From Octopus vulgaris (lineage: Eukaryota), in contig OX597822.1 in the NCBI GenBank assembly GCA_951406725.2, positions 43,420,001 to 43,482,000 of the forward strand: a stretch of DNA of 62,000 nucleotides, in the 5' to 3' direction. Shown here in pieces: positions 37,680 through 54,690 of this stretch (within the stretch, counting starts at the first letter, position 1; every line of letters begins with the position of its first letter). The notes beneath the pieces are model-generated. The model ran no database searches, was not told the origin of the DNA, and saw only the letters and a list, made by a program, of their open reading frames with translations. Made by a program: the position numbers and the translations under genes.

Positions 37680-38448
37680 CATATTCATGTATCTATCTAT
37701 CTATCTATCTATCTATCCATCTAGGATTATATACATAGACTCTCTCACCTTCTCTCTATATATGTATGTACAATTATGTAAATAATGTACATATATATAT
37801 GCATATATGTATACATACATATGCATACATATATGTTTGCATAAACACATATACACAGGCCCAGGGGAGAGAGGAGGAAGGGGGAGAGAAAGGAAGAGAT
37901 AAAGATGGAGGGATTGGTATATTTACTTAGTAAGATATTTATTTTTGTTTTTATTTCAAAATATACAATAACATATCTTCATTACCGGTTCTTGATACGA
38001 AATTATGTATAATTTTGTTGTATATAAATCGCATATAATTGCGTAGTATAATGTAATGGCGCATAGAATCGAACAGTGAACAAGGTAAACAAAAACTTTT
38101 AGAAAAACGACAAAAACAAAAGAAAAAAAAGGCTAAAAAGAAGCCAGACAATTAAGTTTCACGAATATATTTCTTGATATTAAATTAGAATGGGTCTCTC
38201 AAAATGGTTTTATTCTTTGAGTATAACCATTTTCCAGAATATTTTATGTCTAAAAGACGTATGGAGAAAGGATACAATGTGAGACCTTTCGTTATTTGTT
38301 ATTGATTATTGATCTCTGTCAGACATTTAATATATAACAGCAATTTCGTGCTTGAACTCCAAGTTAACCCGTGTCAAATGTATTGGTGGCTTTACTCTCA
38401 TTGAGTAATTTTATTAAAAATATTTCGGAAGGTCTCCATTTCATAATA

Positions 38449-38635
38449 TCTTCTTCTTCTTCTTCTTCTTCTTCTTCTTCTTCTTCTTCTTCTTCTTCTT
38501 CTTCTTCTTCTTCTTCTTCTTCTTCTTCTTCTTCTTCTTCTTCTTCTTCTTCTTCTTCTTCTTCTTCTTCTTCTTCTTCTTCTTCTTCTTCTTCTTCTTC
38601 TTCTTCTTCTTCTTCTTCTTCTTCTTCTTCTAAGC

Positions 38636-38682
<47 letters not shown>

Positions 38683-38696
38683 TAATAATAATAATA

Positions 38697-38760
<64 letters not shown>

Positions 38761-38774
38761 TAATAATAATAATA

Positions 38775-38837
<63 letters not shown>
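38449..38837. repeat. Long (TTC)n array (38449-38630) adjoining a (TAA)n array
   Basis: Directly visible. Confidence 0.95.
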
Positions 38838-38838
<1 letters not shown>

Positions 38839-38975
38839 GTTTTGGCACAAGGCCAACAAGCTCGTGGGACGTGGGCATGAATCGATTACATCGACTTCAG
38901 TGACTAACTGGTACTTATTTAATTGACTCCGAAATGATGAAAGGCAAAGTCGACCTCGGCCGAATTTGAATTCGA
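38838..38975 (-). mobile_element. SINE family A 3' part, tail abutting the (TAA)n array
   Basis: TTTTGGCACAAGGCC...GAAAGGCAAAGTCGACCTCGGC...AATTTGAA. Confidence 0.8.
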
Positions 38976-38990
38976 ACACACACACACATA

Positions 38991-39047
<57 letters not shown>

Positions 39048-40360
39048 CACACAACAACAACAACAACAACAACATACACATACACCCATGTACGTATATA
39101 TGTATGTATGTGCGTGTGCATGTCATTGTTAAGTTTTATTTCAAGATTTCCTGCTATTAGAGAAAGAGTCGGTTTCTAACCTAGATTCAAGATTCCTTCA
39201 TTGGAATTTCAACATCAACAACAGGGTATTTTTGTATGAATGTATGTATGCACAGATTTGTATGTTTTATGTATGTATTCTCATGCATATAGTTACAAAG
39301 ACATGCTCATATATATTTAAATGATAATTGTCTGGAAAATTTTACAGATTTTTACAGTTCCAGTGATGGATTAGATCTGTAGTCTTCGAATTAGCTTTCT
39401 CCTTTCTGGATTTGGGAAGCCCAATCTCTCAAAATTGGTGTTTAATGTATGTATGTATGTATGTATGTATGTAAGCTTGTTTTCGTTTAAGAGTTCCGAT
39501 TTGAAGGAATTCGTAAACTAAGAAGTGGAAGTGATCTGCATTCAACGCCTTAGTCCACTTCAGCAGCCGTAAACGACAAAGGAATATTAGTGGAAAGCTG
39601 CAGTTTAAAATGTGACACGTAGAAACATGTCTACTTATACCTGTATAAGTTCCGTTTTCTGCAATAACCGGAAGTGGGTCAGGAGAAATCTTTAATGAAT
39701 ACCCCTCGTACTTTGCCCATTTACACACTGTCTTTCCAACTGACGTCTCAGAATGAACTGGTTGTAGCCCCCAAGTAAACATGGGTCAGGGAAAAACTTA
39801 ATCAACCAGAAGGGTTGAAATTCATGCAATAGCACAAAATGTGGGAGCTGAGGGATATCCAGCAGTTATGCCAAGGAGGCAGGCCGGACCCTTAGAGTTC
39901 ACGTAGTTATGGGTCGAAAGGCTGGTACGACAGGAGTTGCTTCTTCTCCGAAGACATTCGGCTGTTCAGGTCTTAACATTTCGTACGACTCTCTAATTGT
40001 TTTTTGTTTCAGAAATTAACTTCCGTTTCATTTTTTGGATATAAGTTACGGGACTCAGTATTACTCAAAGTTAAAGAGGCGAGCGGGGAGAAACGTTGCA
40101 CTTCGGGCAAAATATTCAGTGGTATTTCGTCTGTTTTTAGGTTCTGGGTTAAAATTCTGCCAAGGTCAATTTCGCCTTTCATCCTTTTGGAGCCGATAAA
40201 ATAAGTACCAGCTGAACACTGGGCTCGACACTATTTCTATGCTCAGTTAAATATTATGGAATATATATCCATTTACACACCGTCTTTCCAATAATGGTGA
40301 TATTAATCGTCTATAGTGTTAGCTACATTAATTATTAGGCCTTATAAGAACTATTGAGTG

Positions 40361-40670
40361 TGGAGGTGCATTGGCCCAGTGGTAGGGGCAGTGGACTCGC
40401 GATCATAGGATCGCGGTTTCGATTCCCAGACCGAGCGTTGTGAGTGTTTGTTGAGCGAAAACACCTAAAGCTCCACGAGGCTCCGGCAGTGGGTGTTGGC
40501 GATCCCTGCCGTACTCTTTCGCCACAAATTTCTCTCACTCTTTCTTCTGTTGGCCTGCTCGCTTAGCCAGCGGAGTGGCACCATTGGAAGGCTAAAACAA
40601 TGCGAAGTCTAGTGACCAGCGATGTGTAGCAACATCTGATAGTCTGGTCGGTCACAGTGATCACGGTGAT
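40361..40670 (+). mobile_element. SINE family B with third tail type
   Basis: Family B head and body; tail GGCCTGCTCGCTTAGCCAGCGG...CTGGTCGGTCACAGTGATCACG. Confidence 0.85.
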
Positions 40671-41945
40671 AAGAAATATTGTACTATTCTGTGACTGTAG
40701 CATTGTTGGCTATAGGAGTGCTACCAATAGTCATTGCTTAGTTCCATATCAGCTTGAATGAATAAAGTTATACTTGAAAACGGTGCAGCCACGAATATCC
40801 AGTTCATGAGGCCATTGCTGTCGTTGGTTTTATTGCTGTTCTGTTTCAAATCATTCCTGATGGGGCCAACGCAGTGAAACCATTGCGAATATAAGCACGT
40901 CGTCCATTTTCTACGTATAGTATACATTGGACTATATTAACCGATGTATAACGTGTTCGTTAAAATTATAGGTTCTCAATTGAGTGTGATTTTATGGTTA
41001 TCAGGGCTTGTGTGCACACAAAAAGGCTACCTCTAATACTCGAAACTAGACACTAATCACATTTAGAGTTAGAGAAACGTCTGCTCACATTAACAACATG
41101 CGATATATTATCTGTGGTGATAAGACGTGGACCAGTTTAAAACTACTACTGGCCGGTAGGTGTCTCTACCTCACATTTTTACAAACATTCGGATTAAATT
41201 ATCTCCACTGACTAGTATGTGTCTCTACCTTTAATTTTTTACAAGCATACGGACTAGATTTCCAATTTAAGAATAATGAGATCTTGTATTTTCCTTCCTC
41301 CGTCTTAGCTGTCACAAAGACCTTCAAACAGGTTGCTGGCGCTGTTCATTCTGATGTCATGTAGCCATAAGTATAATAATGAAGCCCTAATCTAATTTTG
41401 GAATATAACATCAGGAGCTTGTCGATTTTTGATTTAATCATCTTGAAAAATTCCTTTTTTTCCCCCAGTCAGCACAACCAGTGTATCGGCCTGAATTGTC
41501 TTCATTTTGCATTCAAAATTACGGTCAATAGCTGGAAAATCTTAATTCTAATTGTTGATAAATATATTCCTTCCCGTTGCACTTTATCAAATTTCCTTCC
41601 GTTCTTGTTTTTATTATACTATCCACCAATATTTTTTCGGCGTTCTTTCCCATATTGTATCTGGTCGACTTCCAACTGGCCGCAGGAAAGAAATTCTAAA
41701 CTCCTTGAGTATAGTATTAATACACTTCACTGCTATTGTATGTGTCTCATCACAAATTTCTTTCGTCTTTTGTCTTCTGTCTAAGTCATTAACATAACTT
41801 TTCATCGGCTCATCTCAGTACTTTACTGCAAAAGACAATATTTATATACATATACCTAATACACACGCATACATTCATACAAACATGAATACATACATAG
41901 ATACGTAAATATACGTATATACACGAACATATATACATACATATG

Positions 41946-41989
<44 letters not shown>

Positions 41990-41993
41990 TGTG

Positions 41994-42063
<70 letters not shown>

Positions 42064-42308
42064 TGTATGTATGTATGTATGTATACGTATATAATACAGA
42101 TATGTGTGTATGTTGTACATACGCACTCTGTAAGTAGAGTGGCGGTGCAGTGATGTCAGCTGAAAACCTAACAAACGAACAAATGGTTCAAAGTGGGTGC
42201 AAACAAACACCTCTTTCCACCTCTCTCTTTTCTCCTCTCTCTCATTATATATATTTGTGTGTGTGTATATATTTGTGTATAATATACACACGCACACCGC
42301 ACACACAT

Positions 42309-42341
<33 letters not shown>

Positions 42342-42403
42342 CATACGTACAGATATACATCCATATTTATACGTATATATATACATATATGTATATATAT
42401 TTA

Positions 42404-42474
<71 letters not shown>

Positions 42475-42477
42475 ATA

Positions 42478-42528
<51 letters not shown>

Positions 42529-43052
42529 AATCGTATATAGAGTGTATATGTAAAGAGAGACATAAGTATATATAAAGGCTTCGATATAGAAATGCGGTAG
42601 TTTCATATATGCATATATACATACACACATACATGCATGCATACATACAAACATACATACATACATACAAACATACATACATACATACATACATACAGAA
42701 GCTGTGAAATATTAACACAATACACACCTGTATGTCTGTGTGTCACTGTGTGAACGCGTGCACGTGCGTGCGTGTGTGTGTATGTGTGTGTTTTGGGTGT
42801 GTTGGGAGGGTTTGACAGCTTGTTCGATTTTTATAAAGTCAAGCAACAGGAACTGCCTCAGGCCCATCATCTTCAAAAGCTCTTCTACTCAATTATTCTG
42901 CCGCTTTCCCGTCTCTTTCACCTTTAATTTCACACTCCATCCCCCTCTTCATCCTCCTTCCCTCCTCCTCGACCTCCCGCTTCTGTCTCCCCCTTCCTCT
43001 TCATCTTCTTCCCTTCTTTTTGTTTTCGTTCCCCTTTACCTTTTTGCTATTG

Positions 43053-43128
<76 letters not shown>

Positions 43129-43132
43129 CATT

Positions 43133-43255
43133 AAGGCGGCTAGCTGACAAAATCGATATCCCGCTGGGTGAAATGCTTAGTGATATTTCGCCCATCGCTA
43201 TATTCTGAGTTCAAATTCGGCTGAGGTCGACTTTGCTTTTTATCTTTTCGGGGTC
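43133..43255 (+). mobile_element. SINE family A 5' part, interrupted by the element at 43256
   Basis: AAGGCGGCTAGCTGAC...GAGTTCAAATTCGGCTGAGGTCGACTTTGC...CGGGGTC. Confidence 0.75.
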
Positions 43256-44400
43256 CTTAGATATGGAGCAGAGGTAATTGCGTGGAGAATAGACGGACTA
43301 AACAGCCTAGACAGAAAGACAAGGAAGTTGCTTACTAGATATGGGTCACTCTACCCAAAAAGCGACACAGACAAACTCTATGTACAAAGAAAAAGAGGGG
43401 GAACAGGACTTATTGGATGCGAACATAGCATTAGAGCAGAAGAAAACAACATAGTATGGTATGTAAAAAATGTCACAGAACCTCTTTTACTAGGAGTAAG
43501 AAGGTCAGGCTTTGTAGGATGAAAGATTGCAAAGATAAAGCACAATACAAGAAAGTGAAAACGAATGAAACTAAGAACAGGTGGGTAAAGAAAAAAAATG
43601 CATGGACAATTTCATATGGATGTTGAAGATAAGACAGACAGAGAAAAAAGATGGCTGTGGATGACTAAAGTAATTTAAAACCGGAAACGATGGCTCTAAT
43701 CTGTGCTGCCCAAGAGCAAGCACTAAGAACACATTACATAAAATACAGAATAGACAACACATCAGAAAGTGATAAGTGCAGAATCTATGGACAAAACGGT
43801 GAAACCGTATGGCATATTACCAGCCAAAGTAGGCTACTAGCCCAGAAGGAATATAAGAGACGCCACGACAATGTTGCCAGGCTTGTAATTTGGATACTTT
43901 GCAACAAATATGGACTTGACAGAGCAAAAAATTGGTACGACCACAAACCTGAAGTCATCGTGATTTTTTGATTCAGTGCGACCATGAGATAGAGAATACG
44001 AAGCCAGACATTGTCTTAATTGGGAAAGAAACCAAACTATGCTGGATCATAGATATAGCATGCTCTCAACAAGGTATGCGATAAGGAAGAAATAAAAGTC
44101 GATAGATATGACAGGTTAGCTTGGGAGGTTAAGCGGTTCTGGTCGCTGAAAAACGTGGTAGTAGTACCAACAATTATCGGAGCCCTGGGAAAAGTGAGTA
44201 AAAATCTTGAGAAGTACGTGGAACAAATACGGGCTGCAATAAGGGTGGAGCAATTGCAGAAAACAGCACTGCTTGGAACCGCTCGAATACTCCGGAAGCT
44301 GTTCGAAAAATAAGAGGTGTTATCTTAGTTCACTGGTAGTGAACAGATGACACCGTAGTACATCTCCAGCGTTAGAAGCTGAGCAATGGCAATAAAAGTG
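43256..44400 (+). mobile_element. R4/Dong-clade non-LTR retrotransposon (D1), 5'-truncated, decayed
   Basis: LDRKTRKLL...PKSDTDKLYVQRKRGGTGL; AAQEQALRT; C..ETVWHI...LAQKEYKRRHD; KPDIV...CWIIDIA (restriction-like endonuclease). 3' end runs into (TAA)n. Confidence 0.85.
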
Positions 44401-44451
44401 ATAATAATAATGATAATAATATTAATAATGATGATGATGATGGTGATGATG

Positions 44452-47473
<3,022 letters not shown>

Positions 47474-47479
47474 TAGTAA

Positions 47480-47895
47480 TCCTTTCTACAAAGGACACAA
47501 GTCCTGATATTTTGGGGGAGGGGTTAAATCAATTACATCGACCCTAGTACTTTACTGGTACTCAACTTATCGACCTCAAAATGATTAAAAGGAAAGTAAA
47601 CTTCGGCGGAATTTGAACTCAGAATGTAAAGACGGACGATAAGCATTTCGCCCGGCGTGCTAATGTTACCAGTTCAACGCCTTAGTAATAATAATAACTA
47701 TCCTTTCTTCTAAAGGCCCAAAGCCTGAAATTTGTGGGGGAAAGGGAAGGTCGATCACATCGACTCTAGCGTTTGATTGGTACTTAATTTATCGACCCCG
47801 AAAAGATGACAGGCAAAAGCTACCTCGGTGGAATTTGAACTCAGAGCGTAATGACGGGTGAAATACTGCTGAGCATTTGTCCGGCTTGCTAACGA
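47480..47895 (-). mobile_element. Two older SINE family A copies, tails facing TAA repeats
   Basis: rc family A bodies at ~47480-47685 and ~47700-47895. Confidence 0.8.
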
Positions 47896-47903
47896 TTTTC
47901 TTT

Positions 47904-48366
47904 GTGTAAAAGAAGAGTTGCAGCAAATATTCTGCTCAATACCACAGATTTGCTTGTCAGTTGTTTGACATTAATCAGTTGAGCATGTCCCTTAGTGGCT
48001 GACAATATGTGCATCTCTGAGCAGAACTAGTGGGAGAGCATCATAGACATGTGTTGAGAGGGATTCTTTAGGGCTTGGATAATTCACCTTTGGAAATATG
48101 AGTGTTTCGTTCAACATCCCTAAGCAAACCTTACTCATGGACCTTTTGTGTGGGATGGACTACTCGACCCGAAGAAAATTCTAACTGGGCCCCAGTTGCT
48201 AAGTCATGCGCTGTTTATCTTGATATGAGACCACCACGTAGCGCACATATGGTTGTGATGAATGTTCTTGGTGTACCCTTATCAGACGGGTAGTCATGAT
48301 AAGTATACTGGGCTTCGTATATTTTGCCGCAGTGTTGTATTGATCGCATGCACTGCTCTCTCACTC
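47904..48366 (+). mobile_element. Non-coding element T, 5'-truncated older copy (T1)
   Basis: Aligns with 50790-51259; ends GCACTGCTCTCTCACTC. Confidence 0.85.
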
Positions 48367-48384
48367 AAAAAGGATAATAATTAA

Positions 48385-49072
48385 GGACTAATTGAATAAA
48401 AGCCAAGATAGACAAAAGCAAATTAGATTCCCAATGTAGATTATGCAAATCAAAAGAGGAAAGCCTTACTCACATAGTAAGCGATTGTAGCATGCTGGCA
48501 CAGAAAGAATACAAGAAAAACATGACCATCTAGGGGGAATAACCTATTGGGAGTTATCTAGAAGGCTTGTATTTGAACATACTAATAAATGGTATGAAGA
48601 TGAACCTAGTAAAAACTAGAAAGTAAGAAATATAAGATGTTCTAAGACTGATAAATTAATAGAAGCTAGGTCTGGGAATAGAAAGTACCAGATAATTGAC
48701 TTTACAGTGCCAAATGACGAAAACATTAACATGAGAAGTATAGAAAAATAGCAAACTACCAGGACCTAGCTGTTGAATTACAGAGACTATGGTAAGTGCA
48801 GGTAAAATGTATCCCAGTAGTTATAAGTGCATTGGGAACTATCCCTAAAGATTTGAACAGACGGATAGAAGAAATAGCCATAAAACTCACTTTAGTATAT
48901 CTGCAGAAAACAGTGTTATTAGGGTCAGCTAGGACACTTAGGAGGGTTCTTGGCATCTAAGGTTATTTGTTGCAGCCCGATAGGAGGGTTCTTGGGGTCT
49001 AGGTCTACTTGTTTTAGCCCGATATTAGGTTTTTTTCTTTTCTAACAGTCTAATCTGTTGAGTGTATATGAA
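48385..49072 (+). mobile_element. R4/Dong-clade 3' fragment, distinct family (D3)
   Basis: CRLCKSKEESLTHIVSDCSMLAQKEYK...KWYEDEP...IIDFTVPND...LQKTVLLGSARTLRRVL; ends GAGTGTATATGAA then AAT repeats. Confidence 0.8.
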
Positions 49073-49081
49073 AATAATAAT

Positions 49082-49287
49082 AATCTTTTCTGCTATAGGC
49101 ACAAAACCTGTATTTTGCGGGTAGGGGGTCAGTCGATCACATCGACCCCATTACTCAACTGGTACTTAATTTATCGTCCCGAAAGGATGAAAGGTGAAGT
49201 CGATCTCGGCGGAATTTGAACTCAGAATGTAGCGATGGGCGAAATACTGCGAAGCATTTCGTCCAGCGATTCTGCCAGCTCGCCGGT
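49082..49287 (-). mobile_element. SINE family A
   Basis: rc of full head, central domain and tail. Confidence 0.85.
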
Positions 49288-49320
49288 TCAATAATAATGA
49301 TAATGCTCATGATGATGATG

Positions 49321-49369
<49 letters not shown>

Positions 49370-49404
49370 CAACAATAATAATAATAATAATAATGATGAT
49401 GATG

Positions 49405-49468
<64 letters not shown>

Positions 49469-49482
49469 TGATGATGATGATG

Positions 49483-49564
<82 letters not shown>

Positions 49565-49572
49565 TGATGATG

Positions 49573-49660
<88 letters not shown>

Positions 49661-49812
49661 TGATAATGGTTTCAAACTTTGCCACAAGGACAGTAATTTT
49701 GGTGGAGAGGATGAATCGATTTCATCGCCTCCCAGTGTTCAACTGATTCTTTTTTTTAAGGACTACGAAAATATGAAGGACAATGTCAACCTCGTCGGAA
49801 TATAGCAATGTA

Positions 49813-49886
<74 letters not shown>

Positions 49887-49915
49887 TGATGATGATGATA
49901 ATAATAATAATAATA

Positions 49916-50009
<94 letters not shown>

Positions 50010-50170
50010 TAATACTGATGATGATAAGGGTTTCAAACTTTGCCACAAGGACAGTAATTTTGGTGGAGAGGATGAATCGATTTCATCGCCTCCCAGTGTT
50101 CAACTGATTCTTTTTTTAATGGACTACGAAAATATGAAGGGCAATGTCAACCTCGTCGGAATATAGCAAT

Positions 50171-50252
<82 letters not shown>

Positions 50253-50275
50253 TGATGATGATGATGATGATGATG

Positions 50276-50337
<62 letters not shown>

Positions 50338-50537
50338 CTGCTCTCTCACTCAATAATAATAATAATAATGATAATACTGATGATGATAAGGGTTTCAAAC
50401 TTTGCCACAAGGACAGTAATTTTGGTGGAGAGGATCAAACGATTTCATCGCCTCCCAGTGTTCAACTGATTCTTTTTTTTTATGGACTACGAAAATATGA
50501 AGGGCAATGTCAACCTCGTCGGAATATAGCAATGTAA
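49661..50537. repeat. Local triplication, ~360-bp period: inverted SINE-A relic plus (TAA)n/(TGA)n
   Basis: GGTTTCAAACTTTGCCACAAGGACAG...GGAATATAGCAATGTAA at ~49667, ~50028 and ~50391. Confidence 0.9.
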
Positions 50538-50540
50538 ATC

Positions 50541-51259
<719 letters not shown>

Positions 51260-51268
51260 AATAATAAA

Positions 51269-51321
<53 letters not shown>

Positions 51322-51324
51322 TAA

Positions 51325-51520
51325 CAGAGCTCTGAAATCTATCCACAAACATCGAAAACAAGGACATCGTATGAAACCAAAGATTTACTAACAAAGGATT
51401 GGACTGTACCCGAGTAAGTAATGCCATCAGAGCATCACAACAAATCACAGCATATACCTAAGGCACACAGAGCTGCACTCGGTAGTGAAGTGAAAGCACG
51501 CTATAAAAATAAAACTACTG
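51325..51520 (+). mobile_element. D2-family 3' UTR-only copy (51421-51520) with ~95 bp of unrelated 5' sequence (D4)
   Basis: GCCATCAGAGCATCACAAC...AAAACTACTG matches the D2 end; TAA-type repeats on both sides. Confidence 0.8.
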
Positions 51521-51545
51521 AATGATAATAATAATAATAATAATA

Positions 51546-52098
51546 CATTGGAAGCTATGCCAACATTATGGAATAACAACAGAAAAAAGATGGTATAGGC
51601 ACACACCAGAAAAGGTCACAGAAAACGAGAAAGCAATCATACTCTGGGATATGCCGATACACACAGATAGAGAAATTAAGGCCAACAGACCAGATATAGT
51701 TGTCAGAGATCATGAAGAAAAAATGCTTTCTAATTGATATATCAATACTGGCAGATGACAACGTTTCTCTAAAAGAAATGGAGAAACTCTCAAAATACAA
51801 AGGCCTGGAAATAGAGGTAACCAGAATGTGGAATCTAAAAACAGAAACAATTCCTATCATAGTAGGTGCATTAGGCATGATAAAAAAATATTCAGACAAA
51901 TACATAACAAAAACACCAGGACTTACAAACACATATAACATACAGAAAATTGCACTACTAGGCACTGCACACATCCTACGCAGAGCACTTTCCATACAAT
52001 AACCATCAGAGCATCACAACAAATCACAGCACATACCCAAGGCACACAGAGCTGCGCTCGATAGTTAAGTGAAAGCACGCTATAAAATAAAACTACTG
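51546..52098 (+). mobile_element. D2-family 5'-truncated copy (D5)
   Basis: Near-identical to 46786-47343 (HWKLCQHYGITTEKRWYRHTPEKV...); (TAA)n on both sides. Confidence 0.9.
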
Positions 52099-52118
52099 AA
52101 TAATAATAATAATAATAA

Positions 52119-53230
52119 GTAGTAAAGTCAAGTTCAATAGAATTAGATGTCGAAACAATAATAAAGGAACTTGAGCAGGAACAAACCTATAAATACCTAG
52201 GAATAAATGAAGGCTCTGGTATCCAGCATGCAAGTATGAATGAGAAAGTTAGGAAGGAATGTTATAAAAGAGTACGAGCAATCCTGAAGTCTGAGCTGAA
52301 TGCATATAATAAGGTGTTAGCCATAAATTTCTTAGCAGTCCCAGTTGTTCTTTATAGCTTCAATGTACTTAACTGGAATACCAGTGAAATAATGAAAATT
52401 GATAGAAAAATCCGCAAGGTACTGACTTGTAATAAGAAGCACCATCCAAAGGCAGACGTGGATCGTCTTTACCTTCCTAGAGCTCAGGGACGTCGAGGTC
52501 TGATCCAGCTTGAACTTACATACAAGACCATCACAATCGGACTGGCCAAATACCTTGAAGCAACTAACGATTGGATGCTAAAACTTGTTGAAAAACATGA
52601 AAGACCGAAAAACTTCACTCTATTTTGAAAGAGAGCAAAAAAATCGCTACTGATGTCTTAGATACCTCCCAGATTGATCAGGTTGAAGGAAATACGCCAA
52701 CTGATGCTGCAAAGAAAATAAGATTAATTGAAAAGACAAAAGCTAATAAACCGGATATTATTATAAAAGATCAGACAAAAAAGATGTGTTTATTAATTGA
52801 CATGAGTATTCCTTGCGATCACAATATAGAGGCGAAAGAATATGACAAGATCAGTAAATATAAAGATTTGCTAATAGAAATTGAAAAAAATTTGGCATAT
52901 CAATGCGACTACAGCACCAGTGATTATAGGATCTCTAGGAATGATAAAAAAAGGTAATGAAACCTGTTTGAAAATGATGCCAGGCTTACCATTCCTACAG
53001 GAGATGCAAAAAATCGTGTTAACTGGTACGGCTCATGTACTGAGAAGAGCATTTTCGCCGTGAAAACGACATCCATTCATAAATTTATTTATTTATTCAT
53101 TTTTTAAATGCATATTTACCTGTGAATTTGCGTGTGTAATCTGGGAATGCATACGATGAGCTTCTCTGCCCTAGGTGTACAGAAAACACTCGGCGAGAAA
53201 CGGAAGAAAATTTGAAGAAAGAAGGAAAAA
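52119..53230 (+). mobile_element. R4/Dong-clade fragment, distinct family, internally deleted (D6)
   Basis: TYKYLGI...HHPKADVDRLYLPRAQGRRGL, then jumps directly to KANKPDIIIKD...CLLIDMSIP...KISKYKDL; zinc-finger region missing. Confidence 0.85.
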
Positions 53231-53269
53231 ATAACAATAATGATAATAATAATAATACTAATAATAATA

Positions 53270-53361
<92 letters not shown>

Positions 53362-54140
53362 GCCCTGATGCAGTACCAGGCAGTGGCTCTCATGGCTTCT
53401 TATCTTAACTGATTGCAAGTGTTATCATGTACATTGTTTTGTCTTGGTATAAAAGATGGGCTACAGCAAATATTCTGCTCAATACCACTGATTTGCTTGT
53501 CAGTTGTTTGACCTTAACCAGTTGACTATGTTCCTTAGTGGCTGACGATATGTGCATCTCTGATCATGAGCAGAAGTTGTGGGGGAGCATCATACCTGTT
53601 TGTTGAGAGGGATTCTTTGGGGTTTGAATAAGTCACCTCTGGAATATGGGTGTTTCGTTCAACATCCTAAAGCAACCCTTATTCAGGGACCTTTTGAGCA
53701 GGATGGGCTACTCAACCTGAAGAAAATTCTAACTGGGCCCCACCTGCAAGGTCATGTGCTGTTTATCTTGATATGAGTTCACCATGTCGCGCACATATGG
53801 TTGTGATGCATGTGCCTGGTGTACCTTCATCAGACGGGTAGTCATGATGGGTATATTGGGTATATGATGGGTATATCAACATTCTTAGACAACCCTTATT
53901 CAGGGACCTTTTGAGCGGAATGGATTATTCGACCAAAAGAAAAAAAAACTTCTAAGTGGGCCCCACCTGCAAGGTCATGTGCTGTTTCTTTTATTAATAT
54001 GAGATCACCATGTCGCGCACATATGGTTGTGATGCATGTGCCTAGTGTATCCTTATTAGACGGGTAGTCATGATGAGTATACTGGGCTTCGTATATTTTA
54101 CCCCAGTGTCACTTTGATGGCATGCACTGCTCTCTCACTC
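53362..54140 (+). mobile_element. Non-coding element T (T3) with ~200-bp internal duplication, in (TAA)n
   Basis: Same 5' and 3' termini as T2; 53880-54075 repeats 53665-53860. Confidence 0.85.
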
Positions 54141-54168
54141 AATAATAATATTAATAATGATAATAATA

Positions 54169-54279
<111 letters not shown>

Positions 54280-54537
54280 AAGAAGAAGAAGAAGAAGAAG
54301 AAGAAGAAGAAAAAGAAGAAAATCTTAGGATATTTTTGTACCAGAGATTATTTTATCAGTTTGGTTTGGAGGAAGGGATTGAGAGCATGGCCTGTTGGAA
54401 TGATCAATGCCGAAATAGCTCTCGTCAAATATTCGCTGGATCAAGGCTGGGTAAGGGTTAAACAGCAGCAGTACCTGCACCAATAACAGCAGCAGCAGCA
54501 ACAGCTCCCCACATATGGTAATGAATTAGAAATTAAG

Positions 54538-54690
54538 AAAGTATAGCTATGTGGTTAAGAAGTTCGCTTTGGAACCACAAGTATTCCGATTCAGTCTCAC
54601 TGTACAGGTACTTTGGGAAAGTATCTTCTACTACAGCCCCAGGCCGACCAATTTCTTGTGAATGAGTTTATTAGACAGAAACTATATGGA
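54538..54690 (+). mobile_element. SINE family C, older copy
   Basis: GCTATGTGGTTAAGAAG...GGTACTTTGGGAAAGTATCTTCTACTACAGCCCCAGGCCGACC. Confidence 0.65.

Noticed and set aside
39429-39782. 117-aa minus-strand ORF and possible micro-exon
   Set aside because: Overlaps a mariner-like terminus (TACGAGGGGTATTCA on the minus strand at ~39710) and ends in a microsatellite
41300-41830. Minus-strand tract faintly like an R4/Dong C-terminus
   Set aside because: Zinc-finger cysteines and RHD are not preserved; too decayed to call by eye
54357-54461. Apparent plus-strand exon ending TGG|GTAAGG
   Set aside because: The donor overlaps AGGGTTAA, which looks like a piggyBac-type terminus; more likely a transposon end
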